Below are positions 1 to 9,254 of a stretch of 64,000 nt of DNA, piece after piece. The first letter of the stretch is position 1. Each line of letters starts with the position of its first letter. Under the pieces are notes generated by a model, which was given only the letters and a program-made list of their open reading frames with translations, was not told the origin of the DNA and ran no database searches. The translations under genes were made by a program, and so were the position numbers. Source of the DNA: Gammaproteobacteria bacterium (GTDB lineage: Bacteria; Pseudomonadota; Gammaproteobacteria; JABABF01); the NCBI GenBank assembly GCA_965237805.1, contig OZ250153.1, positions 1,312,001 through 1,376,000 of the forward strand. The letters are read 5' to 3'.

Positions 1-649
1 AGATCAATTTCATGGCACCACGTGACAATTGGAAGCGGCGTCGGTTGTCGTGGTGTTGCTTGCTTTCGCGCGTCAGCAACTTTTCAGTCAGGTTTTGCAA
101 CTCCCGTGGTGAACGCTGCGAGAGTGGCGGGATGTCCAGCTGCACCGCTTCAAGAGCGAGCCGCAATTCATCCAAGAAATCGCCCTGCTGGCAGGCTTTG
201 ATCAAATCGTAGCATGTGCCAGCTACCACACGTAACTTGACCGGAATGTGTACAGCACTTTCCACTCGGTAGATTTTGCGGTCTTCGATTAGGTTCAGCA
301 GGCGTCCTTGGGAACGGATCGGCAGCTTGGCGATATCGTCCAGATACAGCGTGCCATGCTCGGCGGCCTCTATGAGCCCCGGTCGGTCTTGGTAGCCAAA
401 CAATTCGCGGTCCGACTGCTCGTTGTCCGCCGTACAACTGAAGCGACTCAGCTTGCCGTGCCGCCCGCTGAGCTGATGTAAGTCACTTGCGATGCGCGCA
501 CGAGCCGAGCCGAGTGGGCCGCAGATCAGTACGGGCCATTCCCTGTCTGCTGTGCGCTGCAATCGCTCGCGCACAGGAGCCATCGCCTCGCCCTCAAGCC
601 AGTATTTGCTGATGTTGGAGGGATCTTGGCTCGATTGTATGGTGGCCAT
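1..649 (-). CDS. Degenerate sigma54-activator (NtrC/bEBP-like) AAA+ domain protein; runs off the window start
   Basis: Not in the ORF track. Manual translation from ATG 649 (alternative ATG 673): MATIQSSQ...WPVLICGPLGSARARIASDLHQLSGRHGKLSRFSC...DRELFGYQDRPGLIEAAEHGTLYLDDIAKLPIRSQGRLLNLIEDRKIYRV...LRVVAGT...LDIPPLSQR, colinear with the bEBP central domain. Confidence 0.8.
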   Translation of the reverse strand, partial: MATIQSSQDPSNISKYWLEGEAMAPVRERLQRTADREWPVLICGPLGSARARIASDLHQLSGRHGKLSRFSCTADNEQSDRELFGYQDRPGLIEAAEHGTLYLDDIAKLPIRSQGRLLNLIEDRKIYRVESAVHIPVKLRVVAGTCYDLIKACQQGDFLDELRLALEAVQLDIPPLSQRSPRELQNLTEKLLTRESKQHHDNRRRFQLSRGAMKLI

Positions 650-821
650 GATGTACTCTGCGTATTGCCACATGTTTGCGGCCAGTCCTGCCCCATGTCG
701 TTACGCTCATTCAGCAATAATGGCTGATTGGGCAATATGCGACAACCGGACTGAGTTGGCTACAATACCAAGTGTGGCATATTGAAACACATATGTCAAG
801 TTCCGCTCTGTGGGGCAGCCT

Positions 822-1523
822 TCAGTGGTCGGTCACGGGCGCTGTTGTGCCGAATACGATATCTGGCAGGGTCGACAGCGATGCGTAGTTTTTGGCGCGC
901 ATATTGACATGGTGGGCATCGTGCTTGCGCGCCATGAAATCGAAGTAGGCAAACACTGGCCAACGGGTCTCTAGGCCCCAGTGCACCACCACATTGATTG
1001 TGGTGTAAAGCCACAGGGCGATGAGGAAGGCGGTTGGGTGCATCGGGCTGATGGCGGTGATGATGGCGATGCAACCGCTCCAGACGAGGAGGCCGAGAAT
1101 GGTCTCCACCGGGTGTAGATAGAGGCTGTCACAGGCTTGGGGGAATCTGGCTTGGTGGTGCACCGCATGCACCATTTGTAGCGGCCCGTGCAGGATGTCG
1201 CGGTGCAAGAAGTAGTAGAGGAAGTCGTAGAGCACGAGCAAGGCGATGATCTGCGTCGCCCCCACCCACCATGAAGTCTGCGCCGGACTGAAGAACTGTC
1301 CGTAGAGTACCAGCGGCACACCAAAGGTGAAAATGCCCGACAGGGTACCGTTGCCGACGAGGTGCTTGGCCAGTCGCGCCCCCTTGATGGTGCGCGGGTC
1401 GGTCTGTTCGCGTATGCGCTTGCCCTGTGCCCACTGAGAGCGGTAGAGCACGACGGCGGCTCCAGTCAGCAGGCCGGTCCAGATATAGATGCCGAGCAGG
1501 CCCAGCGAATACGGGGCGGGCAT
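822..1523 (-). CDS. Sterol desaturase / fatty acid hydroxylase family membrane protein
   Basis: His boxes YYFLHR, HAVHH, VVHWG, HDAHH plus hydrophobic segments. Confidence 0.85.
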   Translation of the reverse strand: MPAPYSLGLLGIYIWTGLLTGAAVVLYRSQWAQGKRIREQTDPRTIKGARLAKHLVGNGTLSGIFTFGVPLVLYGQFFSPAQTSWWVGATQIIALLVLYDFLYYFLHRDILHGPLQMVHAVHHQARFPQACDSLYLHPVETILGLLVWSGCIAIITAISPMHPTAFLIALWLYTTINVVVHWGLETRWPVFAYFDFMARKHDAHHVNMRAKNYASLSTLPDIVFGTTAPVTDH

Positions 1524-1572
1524 CAGGGTCAGATCGATAGGCGCTGTCTCTCGGTTACACGGTGGGCGGCTG

Positions 1573-2316
1573 TCAGTCCTCGGTTGCTGCCAGCACGGCA
1601 GCTTCTAGTCTGGTTTCGGTGGTGCGGAAGATGATGTCCGGGAAGGCAGACATCGAGGCGTAGTTCTTCGAGCGCATGCTGATATGGTGGGTGTTGTGCA
1701 TGCGTGAAACATAGTCCAAGTAGGGCAATATGCCAGTGTCCAGTCCACAGTGCACCATGATATTGACGCAAGTGTAGATCAACAGCGCGATGAGAAAAGC
1801 GATCGGGTGCATCGGGCTGACCATCCCGACGATGGCCACGCAGCCCAGCCACAGGCCGACACCGAGCGCGATTTCCGTCGGGTGCAGGAAGAAGCTATCG
1901 TTGGCCTGTGGGTGCCGTGCCCGGTGGTGCACCGCATGCACCTTGTGCAACGGTCCATGCAGGATGCTGCGGTGTAGGAAGTAGTAGAGGAAGTCGTAGA
2001 TGACCAGCAGCGCGAGGATCTGCAGGCCACCCACCCACCAAGTGATCGGCGCGTCGCTGAACAGCTGGCCGTAGAGCAGGATCGGGACGATGAAGGTCAG
2101 AGACGTGGACAAGATGCTGTTGCGCAGCTTGTAGGCGCTCCCCAGGTGCGGGTGGTGTGCCCGTCTGTGCGCGGGCTCACGAATGCGCATTCCTGCGCTG
2201 GCGGGGGAGCGGTGAAACTGCATCGCGAAATGCACCAGCAGGCCATTGGCGATATAGACGGCGATGATGCCGAGCACATATTTGAATGGCATCAAGCTAA
2301 TAGACATGGCGTACAC
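1573..2316 (-). CDS. Sterol desaturase / fatty acid hydroxylase family protein (paralog of 822..1523)
   Basis: YYFLHR, HAVHH, MVHCG, HNTHH; shares YDFLYYFLHR.ILHGPL and KNYAS with its neighbour. Confidence 0.85.
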   Translation of the reverse strand: MYAMSISLMPFKYVLGIIAVYIANGLLVHFAMQFHRSPASAGMRIREPAHRRAHHPHLGSAYKLRNSILSTSLTFIVPILLYGQLFSDAPITWWVGGLQILALLVIYDFLYYFLHRSILHGPLHKVHAVHHRARHPQANDSFFLHPTEIALGVGLWLGCVAIVGMVSPMHPIAFLIALLIYTCVNIMVHCGLDTGILPYLDYVSRMHNTHHISMRSKNYASMSAFPDIIFRTTETRLEAAVLAATED

Positions 2317-2467
2317 CCTCCATTGGCCAAGGCATTTTGCGCCTGTGCCGCATCGCTAGATGTAGCGAATTTTCAGTATGCCACAAACGCACTGCCCCCG
2401 CAACTCAGCGAGCCGCTCTCGGCTCATATTGCACAGGTGGAGGCACCCGACCGTGCCCTGCCCTGTC

Positions 2468-2496
2468 TTGACCGAGTGCGCGTCCCGCATGATAAT
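2468..2496 (+). promoter_or_regulatory. Putative sigma70 promoter for tRNA-Ala/cysM
   Basis: TTGACC-N17-GATAAT about 85 nt upstream of the tRNA. Confidence 0.55.
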
Positions 2497-2581
2497 CTGG
2501 GGCGAAGCGTTGTGTGGGCGCAAGCCGTTGCCGAGTCGAGTAAGTATCGCGATGGCGCGGTGCAGATCTGTACCAAAATGG

Positions 2582-2656
2582 GGGGCCGTAGCTCAGCGGG
2601 AGAGCACCTGCTTTGCAAGCAGGAAGTCGGGAGTTCAATCCTCCCCGGCTCCACCA
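2582..2656 (+). tRNA. tRNA-Ala(TGC)
   Basis: GGGGCCG/CGGCTCC acceptor stem, CCTGC-TT-TGC-AA-GCAGG anticodon arm, GTTCAATC T-loop, encoded CCA. Confidence 0.95.
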
Positions 2657-2810
2657 TGACCGAGTCGTGATGGCACCGTCGTACCCCCCCGCCATGGGTC
2701 GGGTGCCACTGTGCGCCTGCCCGACGATACCGAGGGGCGTTCCTGCAACTGCCACTTTCGCTGATAATGCAGCTGTGCTGGTTGGCGCGAGCGATATGGA
2801 GCGGCGTGCT

Positions 2811-3728
2811 GTGGACTATCCGAGCATAGAGTCTTGTGTGGGAGAGACCCCGCTGGTGCGCCTGCAACGCCTGACAGAGGGCTTGGGCAGCGAGGTGTTG
2901 CTGAAATTGGAGGGCAACAATCCGGCCGGATCGGTCAAAGATCGCCCAGCCCTCAATATGATCCGCGCGGCCGAGGCGCGCGGCGAGCTGCGCCCGGGCG
3001 ACACGCTGATTGAGGCGACCAGCGGCAATACGGGCATCGCCTTGGCGATGGCCGCCGCCGTGCGCGGCTACCGTCTGTTGCTGATCATGCCAGAGCATAT
3101 GAGCGAGGAGCGCAAGCAGGCCATGGCCGCCTATGGTGCTGAGCTGATTGAGGTCAGCCGCGAGCAGGGTATGGAGGGCGCGCGCGATCTCGCACTGCGC
3201 ATGGCGGAGCGGGGTGAAGGGCGGGTGCTCGACCAGTTTGCCAATCCGGACAATCCCGATGCCCATTACCGTGGCACCGGCCCTGAGATCTGGCGCCAGA
3301 CCGGTGGTGAATTGAGCCACTTCGTCAGCTCGATGGGGACCACCGGCACGGTGATGGGCGTTTCGCGTTATCTGAAAGAGCGCAATGCCGAGCTGCAGAT
3401 CATCGGTTTGCAGCCAGCCGAGGGCGCGACGATTCCCGGCATCCGCCGCTGGCCGCCAGCCTATCTGCCGAAGATCTACGATGCGACACGCGTCGACGAG
3501 ATCATCGATATCGGGCAGCGCGAGGCCGAACAAACCACCCGTGCCTTGGCGGTGCGCGAGGGCATCCTCTGCGGTGTCTCCTCCGGTGGTGCCGTGGCCG
3601 GTGCCCTGCGCGTGGCGGAGAGGCGTGCCGGCTCGGTGGTGGTGGCCATCGCCTGCGATCGCGGTGACCGCTACCTGAGCACTGGCGTCTTCAGCGCAGC
3701 CGCCGACGGTGATAGCGATGGTGGCTGA
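2811..3728 (+). CDS. cysM: Cysteine synthase B
   Basis: GETPLVRL, KLEGNNPAGSVKDR, EATSGNTG, GIRRWP; GTG start after GGAG (alternative ATG 2796). Confidence 0.93.
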   Translation: MDYPSIESCVGETPLVRLQRLTEGLGSEVLLKLEGNNPAGSVKDRPALNMIRAAEARGELRPGDTLIEATSGNTGIALAMAAAVRGYRLLLIMPEHMSEERKQAMAAYGAELIEVSREQGMEGARDLALRMAERGEGRVLDQFANPDNPDAHYRGTGPEIWRQTGGELSHFVSSMGTTGTVMGVSRYLKERNAELQIIGLQPAEGATIPGIRRWPPAYLPKIYDATRVDEIIDIGQREAEQTTRALAVREGILCGVSSGGAVAGALRVAERRAGSVVVAIACDRGDRYLSTGVFSAAADGDSDGG

Positions 3729-5019
3729 GCTGCGTGTGTGGTGGTTCGGCATTGCCACCTTGGCCTGTGCGCTGGCATCGCTGTCGGCGGCGGCGGGCGC
3801 GACGGAGCTGCGGGTGCAGAGCAACAAGACGAGCTTGGCCCCCGGTGAGAGCTTCGAGTTGAGCCTGTGGCTGGATCTGTCGGCGAGCTCCACCAGCTTG
3901 GGGGTCAATGCCGCTGGTGCCACCCTGAGTTGGGATGCCAGCTCGATGGATCTGGACATCACCGGGGACTATGCTGCCATCCGGGACTTCCTCAGCACCC
4001 CCAGCACCTCGGTGCAGCTATCGCAGGCCACCGCTGACTATCATGTGGCCGGGGTGTATTACGACAGCTCGGGGATCGCCACCTTGACGCTCGCCCTGTT
4101 GGCCGCGCGAGGGAACTACAGCAGCGATAGGACATCCAGTGTCATCCCCTGTGTCGCCGATGACTGCAGTCGCTTTGAGCTGGTGCAGTTGACTATGAAG
4201 GTGCCACTGGTGTCGGGTTCTGGCACTGTCGCGCTGGCTGCCACGGCCCCCGCCTATTCGCGTAGCCCCTACGGAGCGGCTGTGGACTCTTCGGCCATCC
4301 AAACGGTGGCGGTGCAGGCCGCGGCCACTGTCGGCACGCTGAGTCCCGGCGGGGCATCCTTGGTGCTGGATTTTGGGCGGGGGGTAGATTTGAGTGCGTC
4401 GACCTTCAGCTGGTCGCCGTCCATCAGCTCCCTCAGCTACACCGTATTGGACACGCAACGCCTGCAACTGTCTTTGCCGGGTCAGAGTGGCTTGGTCGAC
4501 GGCTCGACATTTCAGCTGGTGGTGACGCGTGGCGCACGGAGCTCAACGCTGACCTTGGGGGTGGCGATAGAGGCCGATCGCCTGCGTGCCGAACTCAGTT
4601 CGACGACGGTGACTGCCGCCAGCAGCTTTACGCTTTCGGTGCAAGGTGTCGATGCCCATGGCAACGTAGATCTTGACTATCAGCTGGCTTCGACGACGAC
4701 GCTGTCGCTCTCTCCCGACGGTGTTAGCGTCAATGCGGTGCTAGAGCCGCAGCAGGGGCGCTTTACCCTGAGCAATCTGCGGGCCTCAGCGGAGGGGGCG
4801 GTGCAGCTGACGGTGCGTGATGGCGGGCTGGTCGGTTCGGTGGAGCTGCTGCTGAGCTCCACCGCTACGCAGCTGGTGCTGCGCCTGCTCGATTCGGCGG
4901 TGCCAGTGGCCGATAGTTCCTTCACGCTGACTGTGGTGGCGGTGGACGCTCATGGCGTGCAGGATTTGGATTTCGAGCTGGCAACGGCACCGCTACAGCT
5001 CGAACTCAGCTCGCCCTGA
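3709..5019 (+). CDS. Secreted Ser/Thr-rich beta-sandwich protein (cohesin-like N-domain plus Ig-like repeats)
   Basis: Signal-peptide-like N-terminus; APGESFELSLWLD...GATLSWD; repeated SSFTL.V..VDAHG..DLD[YF].L motif. Confidence 0.6.
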   Translation: MIAMVAELRVWWFGIATLACALASLSAAAGATELRVQSNKTSLAPGESFELSLWLDLSASSTSLGVNAAGATLSWDASSMDLDITGDYAAIRDFLSTPSTSVQLSQATADYHVAGVYYDSSGIATLTLALLAARGNYSSDRTSSVIPCVADDCSRFELVQLTMKVPLVSGSGTVALAATAPAYSRSPYGAAVDSSAIQTVAVQAAATVGTLSPGGASLVLDFGRGVDLSASTFSWSPSISSLSYTVLDTQRLQLSLPGQSGLVDGSTFQLVVTRGARSSTLTLGVAIEADRLRAELSSTTVTAASSFTLSVQGVDAHGNVDLDYQLASTTTLSLSPDGVSVNAVLEPQQGRFTLSNLRASAEGAVQLTVRDGGLVGSVELLLSSTATQLVLRLLDSAVPVADSSFTLTVVAVDAHGVQDLDFELATAPLQLELSSP

Positions 5020-5117
5020 GCTGCCTGCGGCGGGGGAGCTGCTCGGCTTCGTGTCTAAGCCGTCCGCTGACCCTGCGGCATAATAGGCGCTGAGGATTTG
5101 ATGCGGGAGGCCGCTCT

Positions 5118-6014
5118 ATGAGCGATGCGGGCATCTGCCGAGGCCGCGTGGCGGTCGTCACCGGAGCAGGCCGTGGCCTCGGTCGGGGCTACGCCGAGGC
5201 GCTGGCGGCCGAGGGTGCACGGGTGGTCGTCAACGACATCGATTTAGACGCCGCCCACGAGGCGGTGGCGGCCATCGTCGCGGCTGGTGGCGAGGCCGAG
5301 CCCAATCATGATGACATCACCAGTCGCGAGGCGGCTGGGCGCATCGTCAAGCAGGCACTGGAGCACTTCGGTGGCCTGCACGCGGTGGTCAACAATGCGG
5401 GCATCTGCCGCGATCGCATGTTTGTGTCGCTGTCGGAGAGCGAATGGGACGATGTCGTGCGGGTGCACCTCAAGGGGCACTATTGTCTGTCCAGCCAAGC
5501 CTGCGCCTACTGGCGTACAGAGGCCAAGGCTGGCCGTGCGCCGCAGGGGCGCATTGTCAACACCAGCTCCGGTGCTGGCTTGCAGGGTTCGGTGGGGCAG
5601 TCCAACTACGCCGCCGCCAAGGCGGGCATCACCGCGTTGACACTGGTGCAGGCGGCGGAGTTGCTGCGCTACGGTATCACTGCCAACGCGTTGGCTCCGT
5701 CGGCGCGCACCGCGATGACCACTCAGGTGGAGGTCTTTGCCGAGCGCATGAAGGTGCCTGCAGACGGCTCCTTTGATTATTACCACCCCGGCAATATCGC
5801 GCCGTTGGTGGTGTGGCTGGCGAGCGGCTTGTCGGGGCATGTCAGCGGTCAAGTCTTCGAGGTGGAGGGTGGCAAGATCATCCTCGCCGATGGCTGGCGG
5901 CGCGGTCCAGAGGCGGATAAGGGTGCGCGTTGGCAGCCATCGGAGATCGGTGCGGCGGTGGATGGCCTGCTGCGGGACGCGGTGCCACCGTTGCCGGTCT
6001 ACGGCGCTTCCTAA
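5118..6014 (+). CDS. SDR oxidoreductase, Rv3548c-like (steroid C/D-ring gene cluster)
   Basis: TGAGRGLG, NNAG, YAAAK; C-terminal FEVEGG...GW..GP..DKG..W...PVYGA as recalled for Rv3548c-type proteins. Confidence 0.85.
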   Translation: MSDAGICRGRVAVVTGAGRGLGRGYAEALAAEGARVVVNDIDLDAAHEAVAAIVAAGGEAEPNHDDITSREAAGRIVKQALEHFGGLHAVVNNAGICRDRMFVSLSESEWDDVVRVHLKGHYCLSSQACAYWRTEAKAGRAPQGRIVNTSSGAGLQGSVGQSNYAAAKAGITALTLVQAAELLRYGITANALAPSARTAMTTQVEVFAERMKVPADGSFDYYHPGNIAPLVVWLASGLSGHVSGQVFEVEGGKIILADGWRRGPEADKGARWQPSEIGAAVDGLLRDAVPPLPVYGAS

Positions 6015-6037
6015 AGGCTTTCTGTCGGCGCGTGGCG

Positions 6038-7225
6038 ATGGATTTCGCGTTCGGCGAAGAGCACCGGCTGATCGGGGATACTGCAGATCAGTTCCTGAGT
6101 CGCCACAGCAACTCGGCGCAAGTGCGTGCGGCGATGGCCAGCGAGCTGGGATACGACCCGGTGCTGTGGCGTGCTGTGGTGGAGGAAATGGGCTGGCCGG
6201 GCATCCATTTACCCGCAGACTGTGGTGGCTTGGGCCTCGGCTGGGTCGAGTTGGCGGTGGTGATGGAAGCGGCTGGCCGCCGTCTGCTCTGTGCCCCTTT
6301 TTTCGCGACTGCTTGCATGGCGGCACCGTTGTTGTTGGCATCGGCATCAGCGGCGCAGCGCGAGCGATGGTTGGCACCGCTGGCGGCTGGGCAGACGGCC
6401 GCGCTGGCTTTTATGGCACCACAGGGGCGATGTTGGGCGGTCGATGACGCCACCGCGGTGCAGGCCCGTCGCGATGGCACTGGCTATACCCTCTCCGGTG
6501 AGCTGAGCCATGTGCTTGACGGACACAGTGCCGAGTTGCTGTTGGTGGCGGCACGCGACGAGGACGGTGCGCTGTGCCTGTTCGCGCTGCCGTCCGACAG
6601 CGCCGGACTGCTGCGGTGGCGGTTGCCGACCATGGATCAGACCCGCCCACTGGCGGCGTTGCGGCTGGACGGGGTCACGGTCTCAGCTGAGCAGCGTCTC
6701 GGCGAGCCGGGGGCGGCAGCTGAGCGCGCACTCGAGCGCACACTGTTGCTGGCGGCGGCGGCCTTGGCCGCCGAGCAGGCTGGCGGCGCGCGCCAGTGCT
6801 TGGAGATGACGGTAGCCTACACCAAAGAGCGCCGTCAGTTCGGCCGCAGTATCGCCTCCTTCCAAGCGGTCAAACATAAGTGCGCGAATATGATGCTACG
6901 CGTCGAATCGATGCGCTCTGCCGCTTTCTACGCCGCCGGTGTCGCTGATCGAGCCTTGGCGGACGATGCCGACGCGGCGGCTCGGCAGGCGCTGGCCGAG
7001 GCGGTGGCGGTGGCTGGCAGCTACTGCTCGGAGGGCTTCTTTCACTGCGCTGGCGAGTCTTTGCAACTGCACGGCGGCGTCGGCTTCACTTGGGAATACG
7101 ATGTGCATCTGTATTTCAAGCGCGCACGTGCCGCCGCCGCCATGCTCGGCACAGCGGCGCAGCACCGCGAGCGTTTGGCCGCCTTGGCTTTTGATGGGGT
7201 CGACGGCACCGAGGAGGCAGCATGA
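6038..7225 (+). CDS. Acyl-CoA dehydrogenase, partner subunit of a heteromeric steroid ACAD (FadE33/IpdE2-like)
   Basis: MDFAFGEEH, R.QFGRSIASFQAVKH, QLHGGVGFTWEYDVHLY; overlaps the next ACAD by ATGA. Confidence 0.85.
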   Translation: MDFAFGEEHRLIGDTADQFLSRHSNSAQVRAAMASELGYDPVLWRAVVEEMGWPGIHLPADCGGLGLGWVELAVVMEAAGRRLLCAPFFATACMAAPLLLASASAAQRERWLAPLAAGQTAALAFMAPQGRCWAVDDATAVQARRDGTGYTLSGELSHVLDGHSAELLLVAARDEDGALCLFALPSDSAGLLRWRLPTMDQTRPLAALRLDGVTVSAEQRLGEPGAAAERALERTLLLAAAALAAEQAGGARQCLEMTVAYTKERRQFGRSIASFQAVKHKCANMMLRVESMRSAAFYAAGVADRALADDADAAARQALAEAVAVAGSYCSEGFFHCAGESLQLHGGVGFTWEYDVHLYFKRARAAAAMLGTAAQHRERLAALAFDGVDGTEEAA

Positions 7226-8409
7226 AAGCTGGCGACGGTGCCGGTGATGCAGCCTTCCGCCAAGAGGTGGCGCAGTGGCTCGCCGAGCAGCTGCGGGGCG
7301 AGTACGAGCAGCTGCGCTTTCGCGGTGGCCCCGGCGATGAGCATATGTTCTTTGCTGAGCGCAGTGCTTGGGAGCGCGAGTTGGCGGCTGGCGGCTGGAT
7401 CGGCATCGCTTGGCCTCAGGCGCACGGCGGACGTGATCTCCCGCTGTCCCAGCAGGTGATCTTCCACGAAGAGTATGCCCGCGCTGGCGGTCCGGGTCGG
7501 GTCGGTCATATTGGTGAGACACTGCTGGCACCGACCTTGCTGGCTTTTGGCAGCGAGGCACAGTGCAAGCGCTTCCTGCCAGCGATACGCGCAGGGCGCG
7601 AGCTGTGGTGCCAAGGCTACTCCGAGCCGGGAGCGGGTTCTGACTTGGCGGCGGTGCGCACCAAGGCGCGGCTGGACAAAGCCAGCGGCGAATGGGTGTT
7701 GGAAGGGCAAAAAGTGTGGACCTCACTGGCCTTGGAGGCCGATTGGTGCTTTGTACTGGCGCGCTCAGAGGAGGGTTCCACGAGTCGCCACGGACTCAGC
7801 TATCTGTTGGTGCCGATGCGCCAAGACGGCATCGAAGTGCGCCCTATCCAGCAGTTGACTGGTACCTCAGAGTTCAACGAGGTCTTCTTCGACGGCGCAC
7901 GCACGGCGGCGGAGAATGTCGTCGGTGCGCCGGGTGAGGGTTGGCAGGTGGCGATGGGCACACTGGGCTTCGAGCGCGGTGCCTCGACGCTGGGCCAGCA
8001 GATGCAATTTACCAACGAGTTCCAGCAAGTGTTGGCGGTAGCGCGGCGCAACGGGGCGCTTGATGACCCGGTCATGCGCCAGCGCTTGGCGCGCTCGTGG
8101 GCGGAGTTGCAGATCATGCGCTACAACGCCTTGCGTGTGCTGGGCGGTGGCAGCTCCGGCCCCGGGGCGATGATTTCCAAGCTGTACTGGGGGACATGGC
8201 ACCGGGAGTTCGGTGCCTTGGCGATGGAAGTGCTGGGTCCCGAGGCCGAGTTGTTGGAGGAGGGCAGCGACTACCAGTTGAGCCGCCTGCAGAGCGTTTT
8301 TCTCTTCAGTCGCTCCGATACCATCTACGCAGGCACCAATCAAATTCAACGCAACATCATCGCCGAGCGCGCGCTCGGCATGCCGCGCGAAGCGCGCGGA
8401 GGAGACTAG
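7222..8409 (+). CDS. fadE30: Acyl-CoA dehydrogenase FadE30/IpdE1-like (HIP-CoA catabolism)
   Basis: GGPGDEH, WCQGYSEPGAGSDLA, FERGASTLGQQ, SRSDTIYAGTNQIQRNIIAER. Confidence 0.8.
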   Translation: MKAGDGAGDAAFRQEVAQWLAEQLRGEYEQLRFRGGPGDEHMFFAERSAWERELAAGGWIGIAWPQAHGGRDLPLSQQVIFHEEYARAGGPGRVGHIGETLLAPTLLAFGSEAQCKRFLPAIRAGRELWCQGYSEPGAGSDLAAVRTKARLDKASGEWVLEGQKVWTSLALEADWCFVLARSEEGSTSRHGLSYLLVPMRQDGIEVRPIQQLTGTSEFNEVFFDGARTAAENVVGAPGEGWQVAMGTLGFERGASTLGQQMQFTNEFQQVLAVARRNGALDDPVMRQRLARSWAELQIMRYNALRVLGGGSSGPGAMISKLYWGTWHREFGALAMEVLGPEAELLEEGSDYQLSRLQSVFLFSRSDTIYAGTNQIQRNIIAERALGMPREARGGD

Positions 8410-8411
8410 TC

Positions 8412-9221
8412 ATGGCCGAGCAAGCAGGGGCGGGGCGGGGCGAGAACCGAGTGGACTATGTGGCCGGGCACGGCCTGTTGACAGGGCGACGGGTGCTGGT
8501 GACGGCGGCGGCCGGCACTGGCATCGGCTCGGCGGTGGCCCGGCGCGTGCTGGAGGAGGGTGCCGCGCAGTTGCTGATCAGTGATATCCACGAGGGGCGC
8601 TTGGAGGAGACGGCCTCGCGCTTGGAGAGCGAGCTCGGCAAGCGGCCGCTGACGCAGCGCTGCAATGTTTGCGAAGAGGATGATGTGAGCGCGCTGTGGC
8701 AGCGTGCGACGGACGCTATGGGGGCTGTCGATGTGCTGATCAACAATGCTGGCCTCGGCGGTACGGCGGCGCTGGTCGACATGAGCGACGAGCAGTGGCA
8801 CAAGGTTTTGGATGTGACGCTGAACGGCACTTTCCGCATGACTCGCGCTGGCTTGCGGCATATGCGTTTGCACGATGGCGGCGTGATCGTCAACAACGCC
8901 TCGGTGCTGGGTTGGCGAGCGCAGCGCGAGCAGGCCCACTATGCGGCGGCCAAGGCGGGGGTGATGGCCTTGACCCGTTGTGCGGCGGTGGAGGCCGCCG
9001 ACTACGGCGTGCGCGTCAACGCTGTGGCACCTTCACTGGCGATGCACCCTTTTCTGAGCAAAGTAACCAGCGATGATCTGCTGGCCGAGCTGGCCTCACG
9101 CGAGGCCTTTGGCCGCGCTGCCGAAACTTGGGAGGTGGCCAATGTCATGGTATTCCTCGCCAGTGACTATTCCTCCTATATGACTGGTGAGGTGGTGGCG
9201 GTCAGCAGTCAGCGGAGCTGA
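8412..9221 (+). CDS. ipdF: SDR reductase IpdF-like (steroid C/D-ring degradation)
   Basis: GHGLL.G..VLVTAAAGTGIG, NNASVLGWRAQ..Q.HYAAAKAG, EAFGRAAE.WEVA, FLASDYSSYMTGEV. Confidence 0.85.
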   Translation: MAEQAGAGRGENRVDYVAGHGLLTGRRVLVTAAAGTGIGSAVARRVLEEGAAQLLISDIHEGRLEETASRLESELGKRPLTQRCNVCEEDDVSALWQRATDAMGAVDVLINNAGLGGTAALVDMSDEQWHKVLDVTLNGTFRMTRAGLRHMRLHDGGVIVNNASVLGWRAQREQAHYAAAKAGVMALTRCAAVEAADYGVRVNAVAPSLAMHPFLSKVTSDDLLAELASREAFGRAAETWEVANVMVFLASDYSSYMTGEVVAVSSQRS

Positions 9222-9254
9222 GCGGCTGCCCGCTCCATTGGCCGCGCGCAGTCT

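Noticed and set aside
2424-3962. 512-aa minus-strand ORF
   Set aside because: Antisense shadow of cysM and tRNA-Ala in GC-rich DNA; no recognisable motifs.
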